Notes under the pieces: model-generated
Told to the model about the DNA's origin: nothing
Databases searched by the model: none
Seen by the model: only the letters and a program-made list of their open reading frames with translations
In this document: positions 31,377 to 32,000 of the stretch, one piece after another
Numbering within the stretch: position 1 is the stretch's first letter
Layout of the letters: the number at the start of each line of letters is the position of its first letter
Assembly: GCA_001430755.1 (NCBI GenBank)
Contig: CP013062.1
Location: 450,001-482,000, forward strand
Length of the DNA: 32,000 bases
Source of the DNA: Candidatus Peribacter riflensis
GTDB lineage: Bacteria; Patescibacteriota; Gracilibacteria; Peribacterales; Peribacteraceae
Direction: 5' to 3'
Position numbers and translations under genes: made by a program

Positions 31377-31937
31377 ATGGAAAACACGTGGGGACTCAAA
31401 GAATTGACGCTCATGTTTCTCAAGCGTATCCGGGCATTTATGCCGCCCGGAAGCATCCCGGATTTCGAGCCACCGCCCCTTCCGGCAGGACTTGCCATTC
31501 CAAAGGAGGCAGAGTTGAAGAGCAGAAAGCACTTCTGCGCCGATGCTGAGGTGCTCACCCTGCCCATCGTGCTCGTCGTTCCCGGTGTGCACATTCACTT
31601 CGAGGCACCGGATGCAAAAAGCTACGTGCCCGGCGATCCCGCGTTCACGACGCCGTACTGGATCGGGCCGGTCACAGTCGATCACGACCACGCACCGGAG
31701 ATTTTCCGTTCCGGTTTGCAACGTCGGGTCAGCGTGATCGAAAACGCGTGTGCTCTCTGCCAGTACTACTGGATGGGGAGCCTCAGGAGCCGTGAACCAA
31801 CCTGGACAGCCCAGGTGTTCTTCGACAGCTACCGTGTCATCGGCAAGATGGCGGGAAGCGGCCCACGCCACCACGCCACGTGGGCACCCAAAGATCAGGT
31901 GGAGAATCCCCAGCACTATCTCTGCTGGGAAAAGTAA
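31377..31937 (+). CDS. hypothetical protein (186 aa)
   Basis: SD AGGAGG (31362-31367) lies 9 nt upstream of the ATG. This ORF is more protein-like than the overlapping antisense 208-aa ORF. I recognise no motif. Confidence 0.55.
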   Translation: MENTWGLKELTLMFLKRIRAFMPPGSIPDFEPPPLPAGLAIPKEAELKSRKHFCADAEVLTLPIVLVVPGVHIHFEAPDAKSYVPGDPAFTTPYWIGPVTVDHDHAPEIFRSGLQRRVSVIENACALCQYYWMGSLRSREPTWTAQVFFDSYRVIGKMAGSGPRHHATWAPKDQVENPQHYLCWEK

Positions 31938-32000
31938 CGGAAATGCAATGAATGACCGACTCAGCACTGTCCTGAACAAAAAGCGCCGTATCTGCCATCC

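Noticed and set aside
31948-32000. Possible start of a further + strand ORF (MNDRLSTVLNKKRRICH...) at the window edge
   Set aside because: Only 17 codons are visible and there is no SD or -10 at the usual distance. That is too little to support a feature.

Overview
GC-rich bacterial chromosomal window, densely coded on both strands and using the standard genetic code: TGA ends the conserved glmS gene. Most genes are recognisable housekeeping genes: fbp, gap, mraY, dnaB, a Nudix hydrolase, recA, an rpsT-ruvX pair, glmS, a class B PBP, a GspE/PilB-type ATPase, a nitroreductase, an RluD-like pseudouridine synthase, tyrS and a malic enzyme. Several features recall uncultivated, reduced-genome lineages (CPR/Patescibacteria-like); that placement is inference only. 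They are a stand-alone four-helix-bundle (23S rRNA IVS / Avd-like) gene enclosed by a long inverted repeat, a sigma-70 region-4-only protein with three wHTH repeats, a Lys-rich histone-like protein fused to an EF-like beta-barrel, and almost no Shine-Dalgarno sequences. I found no CRISPR array, rRNA, tRNA, transposase or recognisable defence system. Signals most worth a second look: (1) gap and fbp share one frame across a single TAA, and the conserved FBPase N-terminus has no canonical start codon. (2) An rRNA-IVS-like stem cassette carries the four-helix-bundle gene between recA and the Nudix gene. (3) LexA-box-like GGTGTA-N6-TACACC palindromes lie upstream of recA, with a third copy in front of a two-gene small-protein/peptide unit. 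(4) TANNNT -10 hexamers sit 6-9 nt from start codons across the window, which implies leaderless mRNAs, while strong SD sites occur only on uncharacterised genes. (5) A small palindromic repeat family is present, one copy with a nested insertion, and two gene 3' ends are duplicated. (6) A block of uncharacterised genes at 27.4-32 kb includes an atypical PRTase-like protein. All functional calls rest on motif recognition by eye; no database search was run.
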